Positions 48,636 to 57,335 of a stretch of DNA of 64,000 nucleotides are shown in pieces. Origin of the DNA: Deltaproteobacteria bacterium (lineage in GTDB: Bacteria > Desulfobacterota > Desulfobaccia > Desulfobaccales > 0-14-0-80-60-11); assembly GCA_030018495.1 (NCBI GenBank), contig JASEFS010000018.1, forward strand, positions 7,591-71,590, read 5' to 3'. A model generated the notes under the pieces. That model was not told the DNA's origin and did not search any database. It saw only the letters and a program-made list of their open reading frames with translations. Numbering within the stretch: position 1 is the first letter of the stretch; each line of letters starts with the position of its first letter. The translations under genes and the position numbers were made by a program.

Positions 48636-48988
48636 GGAAGATGCAAGACCTGATGGGGTTGCGGGGGCCCCATCGCGTAAGTTTCCACCGCCAGTTTTTC
48701 CAACCGGGAAATGGCCATGAGGCTGGAAAGCTCCACTCGCAGTTTCCGGTTGAGTTCCAGATGTTGCTTCATATTTTCCTGAGCCTGGGAAATCTGATAA
48801 TTCAAGGTAACCACCTGCAGATTCAACCAAGCCCAGATCAAGGAGGTAAGCATGACCCCGGCCGTAGCCAGCACCAAGGCCGCCACCACAGCTCTCCCCC
48901 AAGTGCTGTGGCGGCGGCTCACTTTCCGGTTGCGGGCCAAAAGCGAATGACTCACGGCAGTCAAGCGCAATATTAGGTTGGCGGACAT
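48632..48988 (-). CDS. ftsL: cell division protein FtsL
   Basis: Small bitopic protein with TM plus coiled coil, positioned between rsmH and ftsI. Confidence 0.75.
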   Translation of the reverse strand: MSANLILRLTAVSHSLLARNRKVSRRHSTWGRAVVAALVLATAGVMLTSLIWAWLNLQVVTLNYQISQAQENMKQHLELNRKLRVELSSLMAISRLEKLAVETYAMGPPQPHQVLHLP

Positions 48989-49007
48989 TGCTTACCTCCT
49001 GTGATCG

Positions 49008-49877
49008 TCAGGTTTTTTCTGCGATGCGCAGTTTGGCGGCGCGTGCCCTGGGATTGCGTTTCACTTCAGCATCGCTGGGCGTCAAGGGCTTTTTGGTAAG
49101 CCGGCGCATCACGCCGGCCCGGTCCCATTCCAGGAAGCGTTGCTTTACGAGCCGGTCCTCCAAAGAGTGGTAAGAAAGCACCACGAGTCTCCCCTGGGAT
49201 TCCAACCAAGCAGGAGCATGGGATAAGAATTTCTCCAGCTCATCCAGTTCCCGGTTCACCGCGATGCGGAGAGCCTGAAAAATCCTGGTAGCCGGATGAA
49301 TGCGGCTCTTTGCCCGGCGCGGTCCCAGGGCTTGGTGAATTACCTCCACCAAATCCTGGGTGGTGTGGAAGGGCCGACGTCGGCGGGTCTCCACTACCAG
49401 CCGGGCAAGGCGCCGGGCCCGGGGCTCCTCCCCAAAGTCCCGGAAGATGGTTTCCAGATCGAACTGTGATAAGGTATTCAGCAGGTCAGCGGCCGTGGGT
49501 CCGGGCTCGTCAGGATTGAACCGCATGTCCAACGGTTCATCCAGTTGAAAAGAAAAGCCCCGGCCGGACTGTTCCAAGAGGTAGAGCGACAATCCCAGGT
49601 CCAGGAGGATGCCTGCCACCTCCTGAACCTGGATTGCCCCAAGGACCTCCCCCATCTGTGAAAAAGAACAATGAAACAAACGAAACCTGGAGGTGTAGGG
49701 GGCCAACCGGTCGGCGGCCTTAGGCAGGACGGCCGGATTGCGATCCAGCCCGATAAGCTCCCCCCCCTGCATAAGCCGGTCCAGGATGGCCACTGCATGA
49801 CCCCCCTCTCCCACGGTGCCATCCACATAAAGACGTCCAGGCCGGATATTCAGGCCCGCCAACACCTCCACTACCAT
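49008..49877 (-). CDS. rsmH: 16S rRNA (cytosine1402-N4)-methyltransferase RsmH
   Basis: VDGTVGEGGHA, DLGLS, SYHSLEDR motifs. The conserved H.PV motif (HEPV) lies just upstream of the first ATG with no canonical start codon, so the true start is unresolved. Confidence 0.85.
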   Translation of the reverse strand: MVVEVLAGLNIRPGRLYVDGTVGEGGHAVAILDRLMQGGELIGLDRNPAVLPKAADRLAPYTSRFRLFHCSFSQMGEVLGAIQVQEVAGILLDLGLSLYLLEQSGRGFSFQLDEPLDMRFNPDEPGPTAADLLNTLSQFDLETIFRDFGEEPRARRLARLVVETRRRRPFHTTQDLVEVIHQALGPRRAKSRIHPATRIFQALRIAVNRELDELEKFLSHAPAWLESQGRLVVLSYHSLEDRLVKQRFLEWDRAGVMRRLTKKPLTPSDAEVKRNPRARAAKLRIAEKT

Positions 49878-49909
49878 AACCGGTTCATGAACCGGATGAT
49901 GGTCCTCAA

Positions 49910-50350
49910 TTAAACTGGTAATTTCTGATAAACCTCGTCTCCGATGGACTCCTCTAACTGCTTATCATGAACTTCGTATGCCTGGGGATTCCAAATTTCA
50001 AAGGTTCGTCCGGTACCTACCAGGCAGACATCACGCTCCAGCTTGGCGTACTCCCTCAGATTGGGTGGAATGAGGATGCGGCCCATGCGGTCCAGGGTGC
50101 ACTCCTCGGCCCGGGCGTTCAAGAACCTGATGAAGCGGCGAATCTCTTTGTCAAAGGTGGGTTGTTTGTTCAATTCCTCGGTGACCCGGAGCCATTCCGA
50201 TTGGGGAAAGGCCATGATGTAGCCCTCGAAATTCGTCAAAATCAGACTCCGGTCGCCGCGTTGGTGCAGTACATCCCGGTAGCGGGCGGGGATGCTGAGC
50301 CGCCCCTTCTTGTCCATGGTGTGCAAAAAGCTACCGGTGAAGACAGGCAC
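49910..50350 (-). CDS. mraZ: transcriptional regulator MraZ
   Basis: F.G.....DKKGR.S.P tandem SpoVT-AbrB halves (DKKGRLSIPARYR and DRMGRILIPPNLR); GTG start. Confidence 0.9.
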   Translation of the reverse strand: MPVFTGSFLHTMDKKGRLSIPARYRDVLHQRGDRSLILTNFEGYIMAFPQSEWLRVTEELNKQPTFDKEIRRFIRFLNARAEECTLDRMGRILIPPNLREYAKLERDVCLVGTGRTFEIWNPQAYEVHDKQLEESIGDEVYQKLPV

Positions 50351-50365
50351 TGCTGTTTTCCCCCA

Positions 50366-50395
50366 AAATTTGCCATATCATGCCATTTCAGCCCA
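50366..50395 (-). promoter_or_regulatory. MraZ-box-like direct repeats with 10-bp period
   Basis: Minus strand TGGGCTGAAA|TGGCATGATA|TGGCAAATTT, followed by the TGGGGGAAAA SD, just upstream of mraZ. Confidence 0.4.
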
Positions 50396-50405
50396 CCGTG
50401 AAATC

Positions 50406-50434
50406 AATTTCGACATTTCTGCAGAAAAAGTCAA
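50406..50434 (-). promoter_or_regulatory. candidate dcw (Pmra-like) promoter
   Basis: Minus strand TTGACT, 17 nt, GAAATT, immediately upstream of the TGG repeats; weak -10. Confidence 0.3.
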
Positions 50435-50668
50435 GGAAAAAAACGACCTAAGGAAAATATTCTCAAATAGGGGGATATTAAGGAATTTAAGGATGTTAGG
50501 CCAAAAGGCCTTTAAAGCTAATATCACAAATGCTTATTTCTTTGCCTTAAACAGGCAGTCGTCTTCACAGCTTAACCGAATAAACGGGGAGTTTTTCCTG
50601 AAGCGGTGGTTTGGAAAAAATTAAGCTTTGAGAAAGACGGCTTGAATGGGTACCGCTGTTGTGCAAGT

Positions 50669-51118
50669 TCAAAGCTGCTTAGAGGCATCCAAATAGGCCT
50701 GCAAAATCAGCACCGCGGCCAGTTTGTCCACCACTTGGCGGCGGCGCCGCCGGCTCATGTCCGCGGCGATGAGGACCCGCTCCGCCTCCTTGGTGGAAAG
50801 GCGCTCATCCCAGGTGGCGACCGGCGCCCCCAGGGCCTCTCCCAGGGCGCGGGCCAGATCAAGGATCTCCTCCGCCTGGGCGCCCAAACGCCCGTCCATG
50901 TGGCGGGGCAGGCCCACCAGGATTTCCTGCACCTCATACTCCCGGGCTACTTCCAGGAGATAAGCCAGGTCGGCTTCCCGTCCCTTTCTTTCCAGGACGC
51001 CTAGCCCCTGGGCCGTAAGCCCCAGAGGGTCGCTCACCGCCAGGCCGATGCGCTTCCGGCCTATGTCCAGGGCTAAAATTCGACCTTCTTTTTTTCTCTC
51101 AGTTCTTATTTCGTCCAA
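50669..51118 (-). CDS. ruvX: Holliday junction resolvase-like nuclease RuvX/YqgF
   Basis: RILALDIGRKRIGLAVSD N-terminus, 149 aa; TTG start at 51118 after an AAAGAGG SD. The 419-aa track ORF is an artefactual upstream extension. Confidence 0.8.
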   Translation of the reverse strand: MDEIRTERKKEGRILALDIGRKRIGLAVSDPLGLTAQGLGVLERKGREADLAYLLEVAREYEVQEILVGLPRHMDGRLGAQAEEILDLARALGEALGAPVATWDERLSTKEAERVLIAADMSRRRRRQVVDKLAAVLILQAYLDASKQL

Positions 51119-51273
51119 ATCAACCTCTTTAACCTCAGCCAAGCAGGGGAAAAGGCGAAAAGCAAAGGCAAGAGTTTTGTTTTCCTGCAAAACTACAGGG
51201 GAATATCCCGGTATAGAAAAATTTTTCCGCTGCCTGATGCCCTTTTTCTCGTTTCGCCTTTTTCTTTTTTCCC

Positions 51274-51684
51274 CTATTCTGATAACAGCCAGACCGCGGC
51301 CAAGGCTGCGGCGATGCCCGCCAGATGCCGCATGGTAATGGGCTCCTTCAGCAGAAAATAGCTGAGGACCACGGTGACCAACGGATAGAGGGCGGTCACC
51401 GGCACCACTTTGGCGGCCTGGCCGCCGGCCAAAGCCCGGTAGTAGCACAGCAGGCCCAGGGCCGCACATATCCCCGCCGCCAGGGAGGCGCTCCAGCCCG
51501 CGGCCTGCCAGGGCACCCGGAAGCCGCTGCCTATCAGGAGGATGCCGATTATGGGCAGATACCCCAGGGTGCTGACCAGGTACGCGGCAAAGGGCGGCAG
51601 ATGCAGGGTGGCCACCTTCGTCAACAAGCCCCACACCCCCCAGAACGTCAACGCCATCAAAGAAAAAGTCAACCACGTCGGCAT
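51274..51684 (-). CDS. small EamA/DMT-family membrane transporter (single EamA domain)
   Basis: Four to five TM helices, ALYPLVTVVLSYFLLKE-type EamA motif. Confidence 0.65.
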   Translation of the reverse strand: MPTWLTFSLMALTFWGVWGLLTKVATLHLPPFAAYLVSTLGYLPIIGILLIGSGFRVPWQAAGWSASLAAGICAALGLLCYYRALAGGQAAKVVPVTALYPLVTVVLSYFLLKEPITMRHLAGIAAALAAVWLLSE

Positions 51685-51809
51685 CTGCCCTCCACAACTT
51701 GCGTGTTGCCGGTTTTTCATTTAAATATGTTAATTTAGCCTGCGGCGCAAGGGCAAGCGCGATTGCCCCGCGGCGATTCGGACTCACAGGCGAGGGAGGA
51801 GAGTTCCGC

Positions 51810-52556
51810 ATGCACATCATGGGCCATCGGGGAGCCCCGGTTGAGGAACCGGAAAATACGCGGCGCTCCATCCGCCGGGCCCTGGAGATCGGCGTCGATG
51901 CCGTGGAGGTGGATGTCCACCTGTCCAAAGACGGCCGCCTGGTGGTGATTCACGACGACAAGGTGGACCGCACCACCAACGGCAAGGGCCGGGTGAAGGA
52001 TTTGACCTTCGCCGAACTCCGGCGGCTGGACGCCGGCAAGGGCGAGCGGTTGCCGTCCCTGGAGGAGGTGATGGACCTGGTCATTGGCCGGGCCCACCTG
52101 ATAGTGGAGGTCAAGGCTCCGGAAGCCGGCCCGGCGCTGGTGCGCCTCTTTCAGGAGCGGGATATCTTTCAGCACGCCCACGTCATTTCCTTCTGGCACC
52201 CCCTGGTAAAGACATTGAAAGAGCAGGAACCCCGGCTGCGCACCGGCGTCCTTATGGTGGGCTGCCCGGCTGACCCGGCGGGATTGGCCCGGGCGGCGCT
52301 GGCCGAAGCCCTGGTCCTCAACTATGCCTACGTCAATCCGGAACTGGTGACCCAGGCTCACGCTCACGACCTCCTGGTGTATGTCTGGAACATCGACGAC
52401 ATCGAAACCCTGAAGCCCTATCTCACCATGAACCTGGACGGCATCGGCACCAACCGCCCGGACGTGGTGGTGGAGTATGTAAAGAAATTGGGGGGAGGGC
52501 TGGGGGAGCACAACTCCCCCGACCTCCCCTCAAACTCCCTTCCCAAGCCCCGTTAA
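51810..52556 (+). CDS. glycerophosphodiester phosphodiesterase family protein
   Basis: GHRGAPVEEPENT and VEVDVHLSKDGRLVVIHD motifs. GAGGGAGGAG SD. The last ~25 codons read into a repeat-like G/C-rich element. Confidence 0.85.
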   Translation: MHIMGHRGAPVEEPENTRRSIRRALEIGVDAVEVDVHLSKDGRLVVIHDDKVDRTTNGKGRVKDLTFAELRRLDAGKGERLPSLEEVMDLVIGRAHLIVEVKAPEAGPALVRLFQERDIFQHAHVISFWHPLVKTLKEQEPRLRTGVLMVGCPADPAGLARAALAEALVLNYAYVNPELVTQAHAHDLLVYVWNIDDIETLKPYLTMNLDGIGTNRPDVVVEYVKKLGGGLGEHNSPDLPSNSLPKPR

Positions 52557-52566
52557 TATTATTTTA

Positions 52567-52618
52567 GGGAGCGCGGGCATCTTGCCCGTGCCTGCACAGG
52601 CTGGAAGCCTGTGCTCCC
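52567..52618. repeat. composite REP-like palindromic element
   Basis: Outer arms GGGAGC...GCTCCC enclose hairpins GCGGGCA-TCT-TGCCCG and GCACAGGCT-GGA-AGCCTGTGC. Confidence 0.7.
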
Positions 52619-52702
52619 GATATAAGGGGTTGGGGGTGGGGTGCGGGGCGCAGGGGCCGTCGGCCCATGGCCCCCTCCCCAAATCAAACAAAAGGAAAAA
52701 GC

Positions 52703-54670
52703 ATGGCCAAGACCATAACCGAGCAAATCATGCAGGCTCATCTGGTTGCCGGGAGGTTGGAGCCCGGCGCCGAGGTGGCGTTTAAGATCGACCATACGTT
52801 GACCCAGGATGCCACCGGCACGCTGGCTTATCTGGAATTTGAGGCCATGGGGGTGGACCGGGCCAAACCCGAGGTGGCGGTGAGCTATGTGGACCACAAT
52901 CTTCTGCAAACCGATTTCCGCAATGCCGACGACCACCGCTTCCTGCGGACCATAGCGGCCCGCTACGGCCTGTGGTTTTCGCCGCCGGGCAACGGCATCT
53001 CCCACCAGGTGCACCTGGAGCGCTTCGGCGCGCCGGGCAAAACCCTCATCGGGTCGGACAGCCACACCCCCACCGCGGGCGGCGGCGGCATGCTGGCCTT
53101 CGGCGCGGGCGGCCTGGATGTGGCCCTGGCCCTGGCCGGCCAGCCTTTTTACCTGGTCATGCCCGAAATCCTGGGGGTGCGCCTGACGGGCAAGTTGCCG
53201 TCCTGGGTGTCAGCCAAAGACGTCATCCTGGAACTCCTCAGAAGGCTCACAGTGAAGGGAGGCCGGGGCAAGATTTTGGAATACTTCGGCCCGGCCCTGA
53301 AGTTTCTCAGCGTGCCGGAGCGGGCCGGCATCGCCAACATGGGCGCGGAGCTGGGGGCCACCACCTCCGTCTTTCCTGCGGATGAGCAAACCGGAAAATT
53401 TTTGAGACTTCAGGGACGGGAGGCCGATTTCCGGATTTTGGAAAATAAGGGCCAGGGCGATTACGCCCAAGTAATAGAAGTCGATCTGGCGGCCCTGGAG
53501 CCGCTGGTCGCCTGCCCCGGTTCGCCGGACAATGTCGTGCCGGTCCGGGAAGCCGCGGGGACTGAGGTGGAGCAGGTGCTCATCGGCTCCTGCGCCAACT
53601 CCTCCTTCCGGGACCTGATGGTGGTGGCCAAGGCCCTGACAGGGCGTCAAGTGCACCCGCGGGTGAGCCTGGAGATCAACCCCGGCTCCCGCCAGGTGCT
53701 GGAGAACCTGGCCCTGGCCGGGGCCCTGGTGCCGCTTCTCGAAGCCGGGGCCAAGATCATGCCCCCGGGCTGCTGGGGCTGCATCGGCATGGGCCAGGCT
53801 CCAGGCACCGGCGCGGTCTCGGTGCGCACTTTTACCCGCAATTTTCCGGGCCGGAGCGGCACCAAGGGCGATCTGGTCTATCTGGCCAGCCCCGAAACCG
53901 CCGCGGCCGCAGCCGTGTTCGGGGAGCTCACCGACCCCCGCAGGCTGGGAGATTATCCCAAGGTGGCGGCGCCCCGGCGTTTTCTGGTCAACGGCCGCCA
54001 TATTATCCCTCCTTTGCCGGAGAAAGAGGCCCGCGGGGTCGAAGTGCTGCGGGGCCCCAACATCGTCCCGTTTCCGGAGTTAACCCCGCTGCCGGACACC
54101 TGGCGGGGCAAGGTCTGGCTCAAGGCCGGAGACAACGTCACCACCGACGACATCCTGCCCGCGGGCAGCCATATCCTGCCGCTCAGGAGCAATCTGCCGG
54201 CCATCAGCCAATACACCTTCTCCCGGCTTGATCCCGGCTTCGTCCAACGGGTCGGCGACCTGGTTTCCGGGGAAGAGCAAGTGCTCCGGGAAGGGGCTAT
54301 AATCGGCGGGGAAAACTACGGCCAGGGCTCCTCCCGGGAGCACGCGGCGCTGGCCCCCAGGTACCTGGGCGTGCGCCTCAAGCTGGTGAAAAGCTTTGCC
54401 CGCATCCACTTGGCCAATCTGATTAATTTCGGCATCCTGCCCCTCACCTTTGAGGACCCGGAAGACTATCATCACCTGCATGAGGATCAGGTGGTGGAAC
54501 TTCCCCATATAAGGGAGCGCCTGCTCAACGGCGAGGACCGCCTGCCCTTCAACATCCTGGGGCCGGACGGCCTCAAGGAGCGGGAAATCAGGGTTAAGGT
54601 TGATTTATCCGACCGCCAGCGCCGCATGATCGCTCTGGGCGGTGCTCTGAATCTGGTCCGGGGAGGATGA
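52703..54670 (+). CDS. aconitase-family hydratase (fused large plus swivel domains, ~655 aa type)
   Basis: GNGISHQV, GSDSHT, CANSSFRD, GCWGCIGMG Fe-S ligand regions and a C-terminal GENYGQGSSREHAA swivel motif. Confidence 0.85.
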   Translation: MAKTITEQIMQAHLVAGRLEPGAEVAFKIDHTLTQDATGTLAYLEFEAMGVDRAKPEVAVSYVDHNLLQTDFRNADDHRFLRTIAARYGLWFSPPGNGISHQVHLERFGAPGKTLIGSDSHTPTAGGGGMLAFGAGGLDVALALAGQPFYLVMPEILGVRLTGKLPSWVSAKDVILELLRRLTVKGGRGKILEYFGPALKFLSVPERAGIANMGAELGATTSVFPADEQTGKFLRLQGREADFRILENKGQGDYAQVIEVDLAALEPLVACPGSPDNVVPVREAAGTEVEQVLIGSCANSSFRDLMVVAKALTGRQVHPRVSLEINPGSRQVLENLALAGALVPLLEAGAKIMPPGCWGCIGMGQAPGTGAVSVRTFTRNFPGRSGTKGDLVYLASPETAAAAAVFGELTDPRRLGDYPKVAAPRRFLVNGRHIIPPLPEKEARGVEVLRGPNIVPFPELTPLPDTWRGKVWLKAGDNVTTDDILPAGSHILPLRSNLPAISQYTFSRLDPGFVQRVGDLVSGEEQVLREGAIIGGENYGQGSSREHAALAPRYLGVRLKLVKSFARIHLANLINFGILPLTFEDPEDYHHLHEDQVVELPHIRERLLNGEDRLPFNILGPDGLKEREIRVKVDLSDRQRRMIALGGALNLVRGG

Positions 54671-54780
54671 GGTAAAAGCGTTTGCGGGGGAAGGGGCCAG
54701 GACTTCCAAGCCCCTGCCCCTTCCCCCACACCCCCCTCCCCAACCCGCATAAAACTGTAAGTGAAGGGTTGGTATTTTCT

Positions 54781-54806
54781 CGTTCCCAAGCTCCCGCCTG
54801 GGAACG
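54781..54806. repeat. REP-like hairpin CGTTCCCA-N10-TGGGAACG
   Basis: Perfect 8-bp arms in the aconitase/DUF502 intergenic region, adjacent to a C-rich tract at 54700-54760. Confidence 0.6.
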
Positions 54807-54883
54807 CCAAAGTAAAGTAAAGTGGCAGCCGCCGTTTACGAAGATGCCTCGGGGAGGGCATGTAAAAAGAATAGGAAGAAGCT

Positions 54884-55588
54884 ATGACCGAGAAAAGCCA
54901 GGAGCCCATCGTCGGGCCGAAAAAGGCGTATATCTTTGCAGGGGTGCTCACCATCATCCCCATCCTGATAACCTGGTGGGTGGTCAGGTTTATCATTTCG
55001 CTGCTGCGGGATTTCGGGGGGCCGGTGGTGAGCTGGCTGGTGTTCATACTGCGCCCCGTGTTGCCGGACGCGGCTGAAGTGCTCCTGACCCCGTGGTTCG
55101 AGTCTATCCTGGCCGTGATTTTGGCTCTTTTCGGTTTTTACTTGCTGGGCTGGATCGCCAGCCGGATGGTGGGGCGGCGGCTGTTGTCCGCCATGGACGC
55201 CCTGGTCCACCGCATCCCCTTTGTGAGCACCATTTACAGCTCGGTGCAAAAGTTCCTCGCGGTCCTGGAGCAGAAGCCGGACGGCGTCCAACGCATCGTG
55301 CTCATCGATTTCCCGTCCCCGGAGATGAAAACCGTGGGCTTTGTGACCCGGACCCTGGTGGATTCCGCCAGCGGCAAGCTGTTGGCTGCGGTGTACGTGC
55401 CCACCACCCCCAACCCCACTTCCGGCTATTTGGAGATCGTGCCCCTGGAAAATGTCATCTCCACGGACTGGACCATGGACGAGGCCATGACCTTTATCAT
55501 CTCCGGCGGCGCGGTGGCCCCGCCCAAGATGAATTATTACAAAAGAGCCGGAATGGAAGCCGCACCGGAAAGCTGCCCCAAGGAATAA
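54884..55588 (+). CDS. DUF502-family membrane protein
   Basis: Two to three N-terminal TM helices, then the RIPFVSTIYSSVQKF and GFVT...PTTPNPTSGY pattern typical of DUF502. Confidence 0.65.
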   Translation: MTEKSQEPIVGPKKAYIFAGVLTIIPILITWWVVRFIISLLRDFGGPVVSWLVFILRPVLPDAAEVLLTPWFESILAVILALFGFYLLGWIASRMVGRRLLSAMDALVHRIPFVSTIYSSVQKFLAVLEQKPDGVQRIVLIDFPSPEMKTVGFVTRTLVDSASGKLLAAVYVPTTPNPTSGYLEIVPLENVISTDWTMDEAMTFIISGGAVAPPKMNYYKRAGMEAAPESCPKE

Positions 55589-55626
55589 GATAAGGCGGGA
55601 AACCCCAGCGGGAATTTCCTGCATAT

Positions 55627-57066
55627 TTGAAAGATAAGATGATGGCCAAGGCAAAAGGTTGCTTCATCAACAACCGCTGGGCGGAAACCGGCAGCCTGCT
55701 TTCTGTCCTCTCCCCCTGGTCCGGCGATGTGGTGGGCGAGGTCTGCCTGGCCGGGGAGGCGGAGTGGGGGCAGGCCATAGCCGCGGCCCAGGCCGCGGCC
55801 GAAGTTTTCCGGAAATTTTCCGGCTACGAGCGCCGGGAAATTCTGGAGGCGCTGCTGGCCGGGGTAAGAGAACGCCAGGAAGAGTTTGCCCAAACCATCA
55901 TGGCCGAAGGCGGCAAGCCCATCACCTATGCCCGGGCCGAAATGGCCCGGGGGGTGATGACGCTCAGATTGGCTGCTGAGGAAGCGGTCCGGCTGGGCGG
56001 CGAGGTCATCCCCCTGGACGCGGGCAAATTCGCCGCGGGGCGCTGGGGGCTTACCCGGCGCTTTCCCCTGGGGCCGGTCCTGGGCATCACGCCCTTCAAC
56101 TTCCCCTTCAACCTCATGGCCCATAAGGTGGGGCCGGCTCTGGCCGCGGGCAACCCCATCATCATCAAGCCTGCGTCCAAGACGCCCCTGACCGCCTTGA
56201 AACTGGCCGAAATTTATCATGAGGCGGGGCTGCCGCCCGGAGGCTTCCAGGTGCTTCCCAGCCCCGTGGAGTTGGCGGAGCGGGCCGCGGCGGACGACCG
56301 CTTGAAAGCTCTTTCCTTCACCGGCAGCGCCGCGGTGGGCTGGCATTTGAAGAACGTGGCCGGCAGGAAGCGGGTGCTCCTGGAGTTGGGAGGCAATGCC
56401 GCGCTTATCGTGGATGCGGGCGCGGACCTGAAGGCCGCGGCGCACCGGGCCGCGATCGGCGGCTTTGCCCACGCCGGGCAGATTTGCATCGCGGTGCAGC
56501 GGCTTCTGGTATTGGAAGAAATATATGAAGAGTTTAAAGAGATTTTATTGGAAACCGTAGCCCGGGAGGTCATCACCGGCGACCCCGGCCGGGAGGAGAC
56601 CGTGGCCGGCCCGATGATTGACGAAACCGCGGCTCGGAAGGTGCGGACCTGGGTCAGGGAGGCCGTGGACGGCGGCGCGGTCATGCTCACCGGCGGGCTG
56701 GGGGAGGGCAGCCTCATCCCGCCCATTGTCCTGGAAAACGTCAGCCGGGACATGAAGGTCTGGCGGGAGGAAGTCTTCGGGCCGGTGGTGACCCTGACTC
56801 CGTGCCGAAGCTTCGCCGAAGCCCTCGCCTTGGCCAACGACTCCGTCTACGGCCTCCAGGCCGGGGTGTTCACCAACAACCTGGCCCACGCCTGGCAGGC
56901 TTTCGAGACCCTGGAAGTGGGCGGGGTCATCATCAACGACGCGCCCATCTTCCGGGCGGACCACATGCCCTATGGCGGGGCCAAGGCTTCGGGCCTGGGC
57001 CGCGAAGGCGTGCGCTACGCCATGGAGGAATTGACGGAACTGCGCCTGCTGGCCTTAAAAGTTTAA
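55627..57066 (+). CDS. NAD(P)-dependent aldehyde dehydrogenase
   Basis: FTGS, ELGGNA, catalytic Cys context GQICIA, EEVFGPV. Confidence 0.9.
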   Translation: MKDKMMAKAKGCFINNRWAETGSLLSVLSPWSGDVVGEVCLAGEAEWGQAIAAAQAAAEVFRKFSGYERREILEALLAGVRERQEEFAQTIMAEGGKPITYARAEMARGVMTLRLAAEEAVRLGGEVIPLDAGKFAAGRWGLTRRFPLGPVLGITPFNFPFNLMAHKVGPALAAGNPIIIKPASKTPLTALKLAEIYHEAGLPPGGFQVLPSPVELAERAAADDRLKALSFTGSAAVGWHLKNVAGRKRVLLELGGNAALIVDAGADLKAAAHRAAIGGFAHAGQICIAVQRLLVLEEIYEEFKEILLETVAREVITGDPGREETVAGPMIDETAARKVRTWVREAVDGGAVMLTGGLGEGSLIPPIVLENVSRDMKVWREEVFGPVVTLTPCRSFAEALALANDSVYGLQAGVFTNNLAHAWQAFETLEVGGVIINDAPIFRADHMPYGGAKASGLGREGVRYAMEELTELRLLALKV

Positions 57067-57335
57067 AGTCAATGGTAAGCCCAGGTCGCTAAACGAAGAT
57101 TCAACCTGCCGAAGCGACGTACTGCTTATTCGGCTTCAACTCGGGACGCTCTCTGCTCATCCCTTCCATATGCAAACAGCAGTCCTAGTCTGAAATTAAA
57201 CAGATTTTAGACGATGTAAACTTTTTTAAATTCATCAAGCCCGGCGATATTTCGGGCCGCGGATTAACATTCTGTAGTCGCTCAGAGTCTATTCAAGGCA
57301 AGCTTTAGGTTTGCAGCAGTGGAGGCGTGCTTCGC

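Noticed and set aside
46608-48902. Full 764-aa version of the FtsI ORF
   Set aside because: The first 89 codons overlap ftsL in another frame and are Gly-rich. The ATG at 48635 overlapping the ftsL stop gives a normal class B PBP with an N-terminal TM anchor.
50669-51928. 419-aa ORF suggesting a large protein ending in a RuvX domain
   Set aside because: Only the last 149 codons look like a protein (YqgF/RuvX), with a TTG start and SD at 51118. The upstream 270 codons are Arg/Gly/Pro-rich junk and overlap the EamA transporter gene (51274..51684) in another frame.
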